The position numbers and the translations under genes are program-made. Under the pieces are notes generated by a model. That model was not told the DNA's origin. It saw nothing but the letters and a program-made list of their open reading frames with translations, and did no database searches. Shown here piece by piece: positions 13,285 to 29,444 of a stretch of 64,000 nucleotides of DNA; positions within the stretch are counted from its first letter, which is position 1, and every line of letters starts with the position of its first letter. This DNA is from an uncultured Chloroflexia bacterium (GTDB lineage: Bacteria > Chloroflexota > Limnocylindria > Limnocylindrales > CSP1-4): assembly GCA_963816135.1 (NCBI GenBank), contig CAWFJD010000008.1, positions 17,173 through 81,172 of the forward strand. Reading direction: 5' to 3'.

Positions 13285-13482
13285 CTCGCTCGATCCGCCC
13301 CTTCGGCGCGAGCTCGCTCGCACAGGGCGGCCACTCGCGTCTATATGGTCCAGTGCGCGCCGGCTCGCTCGATCCGCCCCTTCGGCGCGAGCTCGCTCGC
13401 CCACGGCGGGACCTCGCATTTGTATGGTGTCTGCGCGGCGCGCGGCTCGCTCGATCCGCCCCTTCGGCGGGAGCTCGCTCGC
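13285..13482. repeat. Three copies of a 37-bp palindromic direct repeat separated by 42- and 45-bp intervals
   Basis: ctcgctcgatccgccccttcggcg(c/g)gagctcgctcgc at 13285-13321, 13364-13400 and 13446-13482. Confidence 0.9.
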
Positions 13483-13522
13483 ACGCGAGGGAAGTCGAGA
13501 AATCGGCGCATTAACGCAGAAA

Positions 13523-13640
13523 TCCTGGCGACGACCTATTTTCCCGAAAGGCTGCCCTCTCAGTATCTTCGGCGCTGGAGAGCTTAACTACCGTGTTCGG
13601 TATGGGAACGGGTGTTGCCTCTCCGCTAGAGTCACCAGGA
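13523..13640 (-). rRNA. rrf: 5S rRNA
   Basis: Complementary ends TCCTGGTG/CGCCAGGA; CCCGTTCCCATACCGAACACGG conserved core. Confidence 0.95.
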
Positions 13641-13834
13641 TTTCATGCGTATGAGTACGAACCCGCAACGGGTTCGGAATAGTGTTTCGGCAAGCGACGC
13701 GCCACTCACGATGGAGCGGCTGCGGGTCGCCACCGCAGATCTTCAATCTCGCTTCTGGACCGGTCGTCTGACCAGGTCCAGTCATTGTGCAGGTGGTCCG
13801 CGGACCAGCACCTAACCCTTGGTAAGGTGCTGTA

Positions 13835-16906
<3,072 letters not shown>

Positions 16907-17393
16907 ACCACAGCAACTCACCAAGCGGTTAGCTGCTGCTTGCGAACCTGAGTGGCTCGCACGAGCGTAACGTCCTCGTCAGTCGCTCGAAGAGAAACCC
17001 TGGAGGGGTTCTCTCGAAGCGAGCGCGAAGCGTTCGCTCGGGGTCCGGGATGCACCTTGCACAACTCGGCGAAATTGAAGATCTTCAATCTGCCGAAACA
17101 CTATTCAGCTGTTAAGGTTCGGGCCTTTCGACCCTGAGTCAGCGTTCCGTCGGCTTGTGGCCGGCTTCCGGTTGACCCTTTCCAGCGATCCGCTGGTCGG
17201 TGAGGAGCGAACCTTTCGGTTGGCTTCACGGATCAGAGGAGCGATGGCGCTGGACATGAAAACAGCGGCCCGACCTTTCGAGCCGCTGTGAGAGACAGCG
17301 CTTGTGCTCGAGCTCGCTTTGGGCTTTGCGCCCGATATTCAGTTTCTATGGATGGTGCGGGAGGTCAGCGTTCTTACCTCCGAGGTCCCAGGT

Positions 17394-17469
17394 TGGTGGA
17401 GACGAGGAGACTCGAACTCCTGACCCTCTCCTTGCAAAGGAGATGCTCTGCCAACTGAGCTACGTCCCC
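17394..17469 (-). tRNA. tRNA-Ala(TGC)
   Basis: GGGGACG...TCTCC-TTTGCAA-GGAGA...CCA cloverleaf in the ITS. Confidence 0.96.
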
Positions 17470-17479
17470 GTCAAGGAAG

Positions 17480-17556
17480 TGGTGGGCGACACTGGACTCG
17501 AACCAGTGACCTCTGCCTTATCAGGGCAGCGCTCTAACCAGCTGAGCTAGTCGCCC
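17480..17556 (-). tRNA. tRNA-Ile(GAT)
   Basis: GGGCGAC...CTGCC-CTGATAA-GGCAG...CCA cloverleaf in the ITS. Confidence 0.96.
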
Positions 17557-17794
17557 GCCTGGCGGTGCCGACGCTCGTCGACGGTCGGTCGCCACGCGGT
17601 GCACCCTAACCCTTGAAGAGTGACAGGAAATCCAGCTCGTTGGAGCGGTATCGGTGCTTATGCCAGGTCGTCAATCGATCTCATGAACAAGTCCATGCCG
17701 CGCTCACCTGACGAGAGCGCGAAACGATCGCGACGATCAACCTGGGAGCCATCAACGCCGAGCTCACACCGACGGAGCTCGACTCGGATCTCCC

Positions 17795-19295
<1,501 letters not shown>

Positions 19296-19390
19296 GAACC
19301 GATCTTGCGATCGGCATTAGCGATCTTGCGATCGCTCAAGGTCCGAGGGTTATTCCCGCTCTTCCTTACCGGATTTCCTGCCACTCTTCA

Positions 19391-19404
19391 CTTGTTAAAG
19401 GTGC
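19391..19404 (-). promoter_or_regulatory. rrn leader boxA antitermination element
   Basis: Minus strand GCACCTTTAACAAG; a second boxA-like GAACCTTAACAGC occurs in the ITS near 17110-17120. Confidence 0.6.
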
Positions 19405-19441
19405 CCGCGTTTGACGCGACCGCGCCAGGCGCAACGCTCCA

Positions 19442-19470
19442 ATGATGAGGGCGAACCTCATCACTGTCAA
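19442..19470 (-). promoter_or_regulatory. rrn proximal promoter (P2)
   Basis: TTGACA-17 bp-CATCAT on the minus strand. Confidence 0.55.
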
Positions 19471-19538
19471 GCGAGGGAACCGGGAGCGGCCCGCTCGCCG
19501 ACGGTCCTTCGAACCGCCGGACCAGGGCGCGGAGGCGA

Positions 19539-19567
19539 ATATTAGGTGGCCTAAAGCCCCCTGTCAA
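19539..19567 (-). promoter_or_regulatory. rrn distal promoter (P1)
   Basis: TTGACA-17 bp-TAATAT on the minus strand. Confidence 0.7.
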
Positions 19568-19845
19568 ACGAGGCCTTCCGCCGACCCCCGGTGAGCACGA
19601 ATCACGCTCAATGGCCTCGGCCGAACGCCTTGCCGACCCTCCGGCCGGCCCCGCGGGGCAGCGATGGCGGCGCCAAACGGGGCCCTGACGAATCCACGTA
19701 TTTGCGTCGAAGTTCGCGGAATTTGCCCGGCGGCCAGGGATGTGGAGGGGACTCGGGCCAATCCTGGTGAATGGTCTTGCCCCCGGAATGGGCTGCCCGC
19801 CCTGGAGAATCGGTCGTCGCGTCTCCGCGGGCTGGACCGTAGCCG

Positions 19846-20031
19846 CTAGAACGGGCTGCTCTCTACCAGCAGGATGCCAACCGAGGCCGAGATCCAACAG
19901 AGTGCGGCCAGCTCGAACGACGGCGAAGCGCCCGCGACGGCAACAGCGACCACGTAGACGATCGCACCCACGATCCCGGCGAAGATGAGCTTCGCGAGCC
20001 GAAGAAGAATCTCGTTGATGAGGTTGCTCAT
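19846..20031 (-). CDS. Small two-TM membrane protein, hypothetical (61 aa)
   Basis: AGGAG RBS, two hydrophobic segments, directly downstream of recR. Confidence 0.65.
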   Translation of the reverse strand: MSNLINEILLRLAKLIFAGIVGAIVYVVAVAVAGASPSFELAALCWISASVGILLVESSPF

Positions 20032-20092
20032 CGTTCACTCCTGGGGACAAGCCTGGCGGGTTGTTCGGGTGACGCCGGGCGCGGGGGCGACA

Positions 20093-20710
20093 TCAGATGG
20101 CGCGCCGGCCCTGGAGGGCTCGGATCAGGGTGACCTCGTCGGCATACTCGAGATCGCCGCCGACTGGCAGGCCGCGAGCGATCCGGGTGACCGACCCAAC
20201 GTGCGTCTCCAGCCGTTCGGCCAGATACATGGCCGTCGCCTCGCCCTCCAGAGTTGGATTCGTGGCGATGACGACTTCCTCGAAGCGCTCGCCGGCCCTG
20301 TCCGCCTCGTCGGCCCGGGCAATGAGCTGGGCGATCTTGAGCCGATCCGGCCCGACTCCGTCGATCGGCGAGATGGCTCCGTGCAGCACGTGGTAGAGGC
20401 CCTTGAATTCGCCGGTCCGCTCGAGTGCCAGGACGTCGAGCGGTTCTTCCACCACGCACAGACGAGTCTGATCCCGGCCGCCGTCGGAACAGATCGAACA
20501 GATAGGACGATCGCTGATGTTGAAGCAGCGCTCGCAGAAGACGACTTGATCCCGGACCGCGACGAGCGCGGCCGCGAGAGCGCGAGCTTCCGTGTCGGGC
20601 GCGCGCAGGAGGTGGTACGTCAGTCGTTGGGCGGTCTTGGGGCCGATGCCCGGCAGCCGGGCAAACGACTCGATGAGTCGGGCTACGGGCTCGATGAGGG
20701 GCGCGGGCAC
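20093..20710 (-). CDS. recR: Recombination protein RecR
   Basis: LPGIGPKTAQR HhH, CERC..CSIC zinc finger, Toprim ATNPTLEGEATA, GGDLEYAD. Confidence 0.97.
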   Translation of the reverse strand: MPAPLIEPVARLIESFARLPGIGPKTAQRLTYHLLRAPDTEARALAAALVAVRDQVVFCERCFNISDRPICSICSDGGRDQTRLCVVEEPLDVLALERTGEFKGLYHVLHGAISPIDGVGPDRLKIAQLIARADEADRAGERFEEVVIATNPTLEGEATAMYLAERLETHVGSVTRIARGLPVGGDLEYADEVTLIRALQGRRAI

Positions 20711-20719
20711 GGGCGGACG

Positions 20720-21025
20720 CTACATGCCGGGCAGGCGCAGCCCGCCGGTAACCGCCGCCATCTTCGTCTCGGCCATCTGGCTCGCGGACGTTAAGGCTTC
20801 ATTGACGGCGGCGACGATGAGGTCCTGGAGCATCTCCACGTCCTCTGGATCCACGGCCGAGGGATCGATCGTCACCTCTACCAGCTTGTTGTCGCCGGTC
20901 ACGACGGCCTTGACGACTCCGCCGCCGGCGGTGCCTTCCACCCGGGCTTCCGCGAGCTCGTGCTTGACGCGCTCGATGCCCTGCTGCATCTGCATCGCCA
21001 TCCGCTGCAGGTTGGCCATGCCCAT
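20720..21025 (-). CDS. YbaB/EbfC nucleoid-associated protein
   Basis: EGTAGGGVVK, DPEDVEMLQDLIVAAVNEA; position between dnaX and recR. Confidence 0.93.
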   Translation of the reverse strand: MGMANLQRMAMQMQQGIERVKHELAEARVEGTAGGGVVKAVVTGDNKLVEVTIDPSAVDPEDVEMLQDLIVAAVNEALTSASQMAETKMAAVTGGLRLPGM

Positions 21026-21145
21026 TCGCTCGTCCTCCTGGCAACCTCGGTTGCCGTCCACGGCCCGTGGCCACGTCCGGCGTGTCGAGACAGTCTGGCC
21101 GAAACCGACGCGCGCTGCATGGCCACGCCGGCCGGCAGCGCCCCG

Positions 21146-22889
21146 CTAGCCCACGTCGCCGACGTCGACGACATCGTCTCCGAAGATCTTTTTGAACTCG
21201 TCCAGGAGGCGGCCACTGTCCGGATCGGTGGGCAAGGGCGTGACTTCGACGTTCGCGGCGACACATCGGACGGAGACGGGCATGCCGAGCACCCGGCTGA
21301 CGCCATCCTCGAGGATGCCGCGCCGCCGCTCCGCTACGTCCTTGAAGAACGACTGGGTCTCGGGGAAGCCCAGGGTGACGATGTTGCCGTCGACGTTGAC
21401 CGGCCTGCAGGCGAGGATCAGCGGCTTGGTGGGTGGGTTCTTGCTGACGACCTCGACGATCTCGGCCCAGCGCTCGAGAAGTAGCTGCAGGGTGGGGCCG
21501 CCGGAACGCCTGGTGGCGGAGGGGGCATCGGCCGCGACCGGTTTGGCCGCAGGTGGAGGCACGCGAGGAGTCGGAGGGGCGGCCTTGTCCGGCGGCGGGG
21601 TTGGAGCCTCGGGCTTTCCGATCGGGCGCATGCCCGCGGGCTTCCCGGCCGGAACCGGTGGGGCTGGCGCAGCCGTCGCGGCAGGTTCGGGCTCGGGGCG
21701 GTCCTTCGGCTCCGCGGAGGTGTGGGAGATATCCGTGGGCGCTTCAGGCTGAGATCTCGCGGGCAGTCGCGGCTCCTCGGGAGCCCTGGCCGGACGCGAG
21801 ACAACATCGGCCTCGCGTCGCGGCAGTGGCGGCAAGGCCACACGCGGCGCCTGGCGGTCCCAGCAGTGCCAGCTCGAGCTGGAGCCGCAGCCCGCCCGGC
21901 CCCGGATGGACAGGGTCTATCGAAGCCAGCGTCCGAGCAGCGGCCGTGAGCGCGCCGGGAGTGGCGGCGATCGGGATGGGCGTGGGAGCACGACCCAGGG
22001 ACGCCAGCAGAGCGGTCCGCAGCCGCTCGATCGCCTGCTCGACGAAGGCCCGCAGGTCACGGCCCTTTTCGTCGAGGCCGTCGAGGATGTCTATGCCCAC
22101 GAGGGCGTCGCCGGCGATCAGGGCGCGCAGGAATGAATCGATGGTCTCTTCGTCGACCAACCCGAGCACGTCGCGGACGCGTTCGGCCGTCAAGCCGTCG
22201 GCTCCGGTGCTGAGCAGCTGGTCGAGCATCGATTCGGCGTCGCGCATTCCGCCCGCGGCCAGGCGGGCGATGAGGTCAATCGCCTCGGGCTCGGCGCTCG
22301 GACCGTCGGCGTCGAGGATGGCCCGGAGCTTGCCGGCTATCTCGGCCACGGTGAGGCGTCGGAAATCGAAGCGCTGCACCCGCGACAGGACGGCCGGCCT
22401 GATCTGGCTCGAGTCCGTCGTGCAGAAGATGAAGACGACGTGATCCGGCGGCTCTTCGAGCGTCTTGAGGAGCACGTCCCAGCCCTGGGTTATGCGCTGG
22501 ACCTCGTCGACGATGAAGACCTTCCGGCGCAGGTCCGAAGGCGTCGTGAAGACGCGCGGCAGAAGGTCGCGCATGTCGCCGACGGTGTTGTTCGAAGCCG
22601 CGTCGAACTCGTCGACGTCGAGCGCCCGGCCCTCTCGAATGGCCACGCATGAGGGGCAGGCGTCGCATGGCTCGCCGTCGTGGAGGTTCGTGCAGTTGAG
22701 AGCCTTGGCGAGGATCCGGGCCATCGAAGTCTTGCCCGTGCCACGAGGGCCCACGAACAGCAACGCGTGCGAGGTCCGCCCGGTTCGGACGCCGTTGCGC
22801 AGCGTCTCGACCACGGCCTGCTGGCCCACGATCTGGTCGAAGGTCTGGGCGCGCCAGCGGCGATAGATGGCTTGATGCGGTGAGGTCAC
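21146..22889 (-). CDS. dnaX: DNA polymerase III subunit gamma/tau (frame break near 21840)
   Basis: YRRWRAQTF, GPRGTGKT, zinc motif, IVDEV, KTLEEPP, GGMRDA; the Pro-rich linker and C-terminal domain are in a second frame. Confidence 0.93.
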
Positions 22890-22963
22890 CTCGAGGATTG
22901 CTCCTGCCGTCTCGAAGCGGTCTTTCGGCGTGCCCGGGCAAAACCGGCACGCGAAAGCAGAGC

Positions 22964-23230
22964 GCCGTGCACCCTCCGTCGACCAGTCGCTTCCGTGTCT
23001 ACCGCTAGAGGCAGCTCAGACCAGGCCTTTCCGCGGCACCCGACGGTCATCGCTTAGTGCTGCTTCCTTCCGGACCTGACACGGTTCGCGAGCCGCCGCT
23101 GCGCGGGACCCGGCCCTCAACGTCACCAGGAGCGGCGGCTTTCGAGAGCGGGGACCTCGGGAGGGAATTCAGCCCTGCTGGAGCGGATTGCAGGTTACAG
23201 GGCACCGCTAGTTCCCCGCCTAGCACGGCC
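22964..23230 (-). ncRNA. ffs: Signal recognition particle RNA, large (Alu-domain) type
   Basis: Helix 8 GTCAGGTCCGGAAGGAAGCAGC; 5' GCCGTGCTAGGCGGGGAACTAGCGGTGCCCTGTAACC Alu domain pairing with 3' GCACGGC; upstream of dnaX. Confidence 0.92.
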
Positions 23231-23314
23231 CGGGAATCATAGCAGCCGCGGGCCCTCGACCGCCGTCCGGACTTGGACATGGCGCGGCCCGACCGGCACA
23301 AGCGTTGGGAGTTG

Positions 23315-23403
<89 letters not shown>

Positions 23404-23514
23404 GCGGGCGGAAACGACCGGCGCCAGGCGACGACGCGGCCCGAACCGGGCCATCGAAACGCTGGCACCCCGACCGGGCTCGGACCAACCGAACCGGTCT
23501 CGCTTTCAGGTGAG

Positions 23515-23600
<86 letters not shown>

Positions 23601-23696
23601 GCCGGAGAGGATACCAGAGCATCGGGGGCGCCCGGATCCTGCCCAAACGGGCCCCTCGGTCGTGCGAAAGGCCGTCGCGGGGAAGGCGCGCGGAGG

Positions 23697-25074
23697 CTAC
23701 TCGGCGACGGCCATCGCCTTGCCGGGATCAAGCAGGAACGGCGGCAGGAAGGCGGGGATGTTGGAGAACGGCAGCACGTCGGGGTGGAGCGAGATCCCGA
23801 GCCGGCTCTCCATGAACGCTCGCCGAGCCTGGATCCGCTGCCACGCTTGCGGATAGGCTGCCGCGAGGGACTCCCTCAGCGAGGCATCCGCCAGGGCGAT
23901 TCCATCCTCTATATTGGTCGTGAAGTAGTCGGTGCCCGTTCCCGGGATGATGTCCACTTGCATCGCCGTCCCCGAGCGCAACTCCGCTTTGGAGCCCGGC
24001 GAGACCGGTGAGTTGACCCACTCGTCGAGGCCGATCATGTGGCCCGGGTTGAGCGACACGCCGAAGAACGGGTCGCCGATGTGCCGGTGGACGATGTCGT
24101 ACAGCGTCCCGCCCGTCTGGCCGACGTGGAGAGCCTCATACCACTCCGCCACTGCCTCGAAGTAGGGGGCCACGAGACGGTCGACGTAGTCTGAGATGGG
24201 CGCCGGCAGGTCTTCTGGGCCGGCGGCAAGGAAGCCCGCCCGGCATGTCAGCGAACCCCAGATGCCGAAGGCGGTCGTAAACCTGTCGCCGCGTTCCATC
24301 TTCCGGTCGCTCGGGCTGAGCATGCCGTATGTGGCACGCGGACCGGCGGTCAGCATCAAGTGGCACGAAAGCGGCATGCCGTTCCAACCCAGGTATCGGA
24401 CCGCCTCTGCTTCGGTCAGGCCGGGCTTCACGTTATAGATGAGATTGCGGACGCCGCCGGAGGTCTGGCAGGCGGCGTACTCGAGCGCGGCGAGCTCCTC
24501 TACCTCGTTCACGGTCCGAAGGCCGGTCGTGTTGTCGATCAGAAGGTCGGTGGCGTTCTCGACCGAGCCTGTCCGGCCCACGAGCGCCCGCAGCTCGTCG
24601 ACGATGTAGGAGGGAACGTCACTGCGGTTCGGACGGCCGTATGTCTTCCAGCCGATCAGACCGACCCTGCGGCCCGGCCCGATCCCCTCCCCGCTCAGGA
24701 TCTCGGCGATGGTCCGCGACCGGTCGCGCGGCTGGCCGGGCAGGCTGAAGTCCTGGAACAGCATCGAGCGCATCCGGAGCGGCGCCTGCGAGGCGAGGCC
24801 CCCGTCCTCGTTGCCGACGAGTATCGCGGGATCGCCTACCGGCCCGAAGACGAGAAGCGACTCTTCGAATCGCGGATCGAAGCCGCTTAGCCAGGCAAGG
24901 TTGGCGCTGTGCTCCCGATCCGAGTAGATGACCAGCCGGTCGAATCCGGCGGCGTCGGCCCTGTTCACGAAGACGCTCGAGACGGGCCTCGTACGTGGCC
25001 GCCGGGATTTCGGGCCGAGACTCGGGCATGCCGAAGTCCGGCAGATCGATCTTGATCAAGCGTGCCTTAGCCAT
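23697..25074 (-). CDS. M24/Xaa-Pro peptidase-like protein (creatinase-N plus pita-bread fold; indel near 24965)
   Basis: YEARLERLRE / VIYSDREHSANLAWLSGFDPRFEE N-terminus; NPGHMIGLDEW and NIEDGI. Confidence 0.7.
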
Positions 25075-25360
25075 GCTCCTCATCCTGCTCGTGTCGCTCG
25101 GGCCGTGGTGCCGCCGGCCAGGCCATGCAGGCGGCTGCCAAACCGCAGTCTGCGTGGCGCATCAGTCTGCGCCGTGCATCCTTTATCGATCAAGCTGTCT
25201 CCCGATCGCGGGAGCTATGATGCGAATCGATTGCTTGCGAGGCTTCAGAAGTGACGCGGTCGGCGGGCCGGTCATTAGAGCGATCGCTGACCTGCCAACG
25301 GCAAGAGTCCCGATCCGGGATCGGACACTCGATTCCCGGCCTGACAGGAGGAGCGCTCAA

Positions 25361-27256
25361 GTGCTTGCCAGGCGTTCCAGGCGCAATGCCATCGCAATCG
25401 CCGTTTCGATAGTGGCCGTGGTCGTCCTCGTCACGGGCGGGCTCCTAGCCTGGAGCCCCTGGAAGAGCGGCAACTCCAGCTCCAACACCAGCCAGAGTTG
25501 GACCGTGGCCCGGAAGTGGGACGAAGCGCTTCTGGATGCGATCCGGCGTGCCCTGCCGAACCCGCCCGTCCATGCCCGGAACCTGTTTCATACATCCGTG
25601 GCAATGTGGGATGCGTGGGCGGCGTACGACCCCACCGCCGCCGGATACCTCGTCAAGGAGAAGGACACCGCGTCCGATGTGGCCGCGGCTCGGAACGAAG
25701 CCATCAGCTACGCCGCGTATCGCGTCCTGACGGCTCGATACATCAAGGCGGTGGGCGCGGACAAGTCCCTGTCCGAGTTCGACGACCTGATGGACTCGCT
25801 GCACTATCCACTGACCGTTACGACTACCGAGGGGACTACGCCCGCAGCGCTCGGCAACAGGATCGCGAAGGCCGTCCTGGCCTACGGCGCCAACGACGGC
25901 TCGAACCAGGCCGGAGGCTACCAATCCCCGTGGTACAAGTCCGTCAATCCGCCCCTCGTCGTGAACAAGCCGGGGGCGACCATGGCCGATCCCAACCGCT
26001 GGCAGCCCCTCCAGATCGAGCACATGATCTCCCAGAACGGAATCCCGGTTACCAACGGCGTCCAGCAGAACGTTGGTCCGCAGTGGGGAGGCGTGGCCAG
26101 CTTCGGCCTGCCCGCGGTCGGCGCCACGGTAGTAGGCAGCACCGTCGCGGCTCCGCCGCTCGATCCGGGCCCTCCGCCCAAGCTTGGCGATCCCACTACC
26201 GACCAGGATTCAAGGACCAGGTCGTTGAAGTGATCCGCGACAGCAGCATGCTCGATCCAACGCTCGGCAACACCATCGACATCTCTCCCGGAGCCCGTGG
26301 CAACAACGATCTGGGTACGAACGACGGCACCGGCCACAAGGTGAATCCGGCCACCGGCAAGCCGTACCCGCCGGACGTGGTGAACGAGGGCGACTTCGGG
26401 CGGGTCATGGCCGAGTTCTGGGCCGACGGTCCCAACTCGGAGACACCGCCCGGCCATTGGAACGTGCTCGCCAATCTGGCCTCCGACGAGCTGGCCCCGA
26501 ATCTACGGGTCGGCGGCAAAGGCCCAGTCGTCAACCGGCTGGAATGGGACGTCAAGCTCTACCTGGCGCTCAACGGCGCCGTCCATGACGCGGCCATCGT
26601 GGCCTGGGGCGCCAAGGGCTACTACGACGGCGGCCGGCCGATCTCCTGGGTTCGATATATGGCCGGACTTGGCCAGTCGAGCGACCCCTCGCTTCCGTCC
26701 TACAACAAGGAAGGCCTGCCCCTCGTTCCAGGCCTCATCGAGCTGATCACCAAGGAGACCACCGCGCCCGGCCAGCCCCACGCCGCCCTCGCCGGACACG
26801 AGGGCGAGATCGCGATCCGATCGTGGACCGGCATTCCGAAGGATCCCAAGACCGAGATCGGTGGCGTGGCCTGGATCCTGGCCGCCAACTGGGTCCCCTA
26901 CCAGCTGCCCACCTTCGTCACGCCGTCGTTCCCCGGCTATTTCTCCGGTCACAGCACCTTCAGCCGGGCGGGCGCGGAGGTGTTGACCAGCTTCACCGGC
27001 AGCGAGTACTTCCCGGGCGGCGTGAGCGGCTACACGATCAAGGCCGGCTCGCTCAAGTTCGAGCACGGCCCGACGCAAGGACATCCGCCTCGAATGGGCG
27101 ACCTACTACGACGCCTCGGACCAGGCCGGCCAATCGAGGCTCTGGGGCGGCATCCACGTTCAGGCGGACGACTTCACGGGCCGTAGAGTCGGGTCCGAAT
27201 GCGGCAAGACGGCGTGGCTGATCGCCCAGCGCTATTACGCCGGCACGGTCGGGTGA
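25361..27256 (+). CDS. Vanadium-dependent haloperoxidase / PAP2 superfamily exported protein (two indels)
   Basis: AGGAGG RBS, N-terminal TM; motifs WGAKGYYDGGRP, TPSFPGYFSGHS and SRLWGGIH (the last in a shifted frame near 27135). Confidence 0.85.
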
Positions 27257-28944
27257 GAGCGGCGATCCGCGGTCGGCGGCGCACCCTGGCGATCGGCGGA
27301 GGCCGTGGCGATCGTCGCCCTGGTGGCTGTCACAGCCACCGGCTTCGGTCTCGGGTATTTCGGCGGCTCGGCGACGCCGACCGCGGCCGGCGGCACTCCC
27401 CATTTCGTCGAGCAGACCGCCGGCTCCGGTTTGAGCCACACCTTCGGGGGCGGCGACGCGTACGTCGTGGGCGGCGGAGTGGCGGTCTTCGACTGCAACG
27501 GTGACGGCCGGCCCGACATCTATCTTGCGGGCGGCAGCAACCCGGCCGCCCTGTACCGCAACGACAGCTCACGTGGGCGGCAAGACGCTCGCCTTCACAC
27601 CGATACCCGCCGCCACGACCGATCTCACCGGCGTCCAAGGCGCATACCCGATCGACATCGACGGCGACGGAAACGTCGATCTGGTCGTGCTCCGGTTGGG
27701 TGAGACGGAGCTACTGCGCGGCCTGGGCGGATGCCGCTTCGAGAAGGCGAATGCCGCCTGGTCGTTCGACGGCGGCAACGACTGACGCGCTTGCCTTCAG
27801 CGCGACCTGGGAAGGTTCGAACGCCCTGCCGACGCTCGCCATCGGTCACTACCTGAAGCTCGATTCCACGGGCCAGCCGACGCGGGACTGCGCCGATAGC
27901 GAGCTCGTCCGTCCCAAGGCGGACGGAACGGCGTTCGACCGGCCGGTCGCTCTCTCGCCGGGCTATTGCGCCCTGTCGATGCTGTTCAGCGACTGGGATC
28001 TGCTCGGGCCGGCGCGACCTGCGCATCTCCAACGACCGCAACTACTACGTGAACGGCGAGGACCAGCTGTGGCGGATCGCTCCGGGCGAAAGCCCCCGCC
28101 TCTACACCGACGCCGACGGTTGGGTCTCGATGCAGATCTTCGGCATGGGCATCGCCGGCATACGACGTCAACGGCGACGGCTATCCCGACTACTACCTCA
28201 CGAGCCAGGGCGACAACCGGCTCCAAACGCTCGCCGCGGGACCGGATCAGCCGAGCTACCGCGACATCGCCCTCAAGCGTGGCGTGGTTTCCACGCGGCC
28301 CGGCAGCGGCGGACAGGATCTGCCCTCGACCTCCTGGAACCCCGAGTTCGAGGACGTCAACAACGACGGCTTCATCGACCTGTTCGTCTCCAAAGGCAAC
28401 GTCAACCAGCAGCCGGGCTTCGCTACAAAGGATCCCAGCGATCTGTTCCTCGGGCAGCCGGACGGCAACTTCAAGCAACAGGCCGAGGCGGCCGGCATCG
28501 TCGAGTACGATCGCGGGCGTGGCGCGGCCCTCGCCGACTTCAACATGGACGGTCTGCTGGACCTGATCGAAGTCCACTACGGCGCGCCGGTGCGGGTCTG
28601 GCTGAACGCCGGCTCAGCGGCATCGCGGCGAACCTGCGCAGATGGGCCACTGGCTGGCGCTTCGACCGATCCAGACCGGGCCAAACGTCGACGCCATCGG
28701 TGGCTGGATCGAAGTCAAGGTTGGCGACCTGACACTCCGTCGCGAGCTGACCATCGGTGGTGGGCACGCCGGTGGACAGCTGGGGTGGACCCATTTCGGC
28801 CTCGGTCCTGCAGGCTCGGCCCAGGTCCGGGTCCAATGGCCCGACGGCCAGGTGGGGCCGTGGCTCCAGGTGAACGCGAACCAGTTCCTCGACATCACTC
28901 GAGGGGCGACGGAGGCGCACCCGTGGTCGCCTCCAGGCGCTTGA
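27253..28944 (+). CDS. CRTAC1-family protein with FG-GAP repeats and ASPIC/UnbV domain (several indels)
   Basis: DCNGDGRPDIY, DIDGDGNVDL, DVNNDGFIDLF, DFNMDGLLDL; C-terminal GPNVDAIG, THFGLG, VRVQWPDG; GTGA overlap with the upstream stop. Confidence 0.85.
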
Positions 28945-29444
28945 AGGGAGGTGGCGATTGGCCCACGGCGAGGCCGGCAGAGACCGGTCGGCCCGAGTAG
29001 TCCGAAGCACGGCCAGGCCGGCATTTCCGCCCGCGCCGTAGTGTTGATTACCGCGATGCCGTTCTGCGAAGTCATGTGGGCGATCGGAGCGCCCGCCTGC
29101 GATTCAGGATCGTTCAAGCTCGTCCGCAGCTGGGCTACGACCATGCCGGTTTCCAAGGTGGCGGGTGGATGGCCCAAATCGTTGTCGAATTGAGCGGCTA
29201 GCCCCAATGCATGCATAGATTGTCGAACTCGGCGAGCGGAATCGGAGGCGCACAGCCTTGCTGTTCCGCTCGGTCACGACTGGCCATGCCGCGTAGACTT
29301 TGACCTCATTCCGGGGCCGCGGTCATGTCGGCGGCGGTGCCCCTCTCGTTGATGAGATACCTGCGTCAACGGGTCGACAACTGCCGTAAACGGAACCGAG
29401 ATTCGCGATTGACAGCGCACCCTGTCATGTACGAGGCTATCAAG

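Noticed and set aside
13285-13482. Bona fide CRISPR array
   Set aside because: Only three repeats, the two spacers resemble each other, and there is no AT-rich leader or cas gene; kept as a repeat finding.
28945-29400. Possible gene or ncRNA between the CRTAC1 gene and the sugar ABC promoter
   Set aside because: Short ORFs have no recognisable motifs and I found no convincing stem structure.
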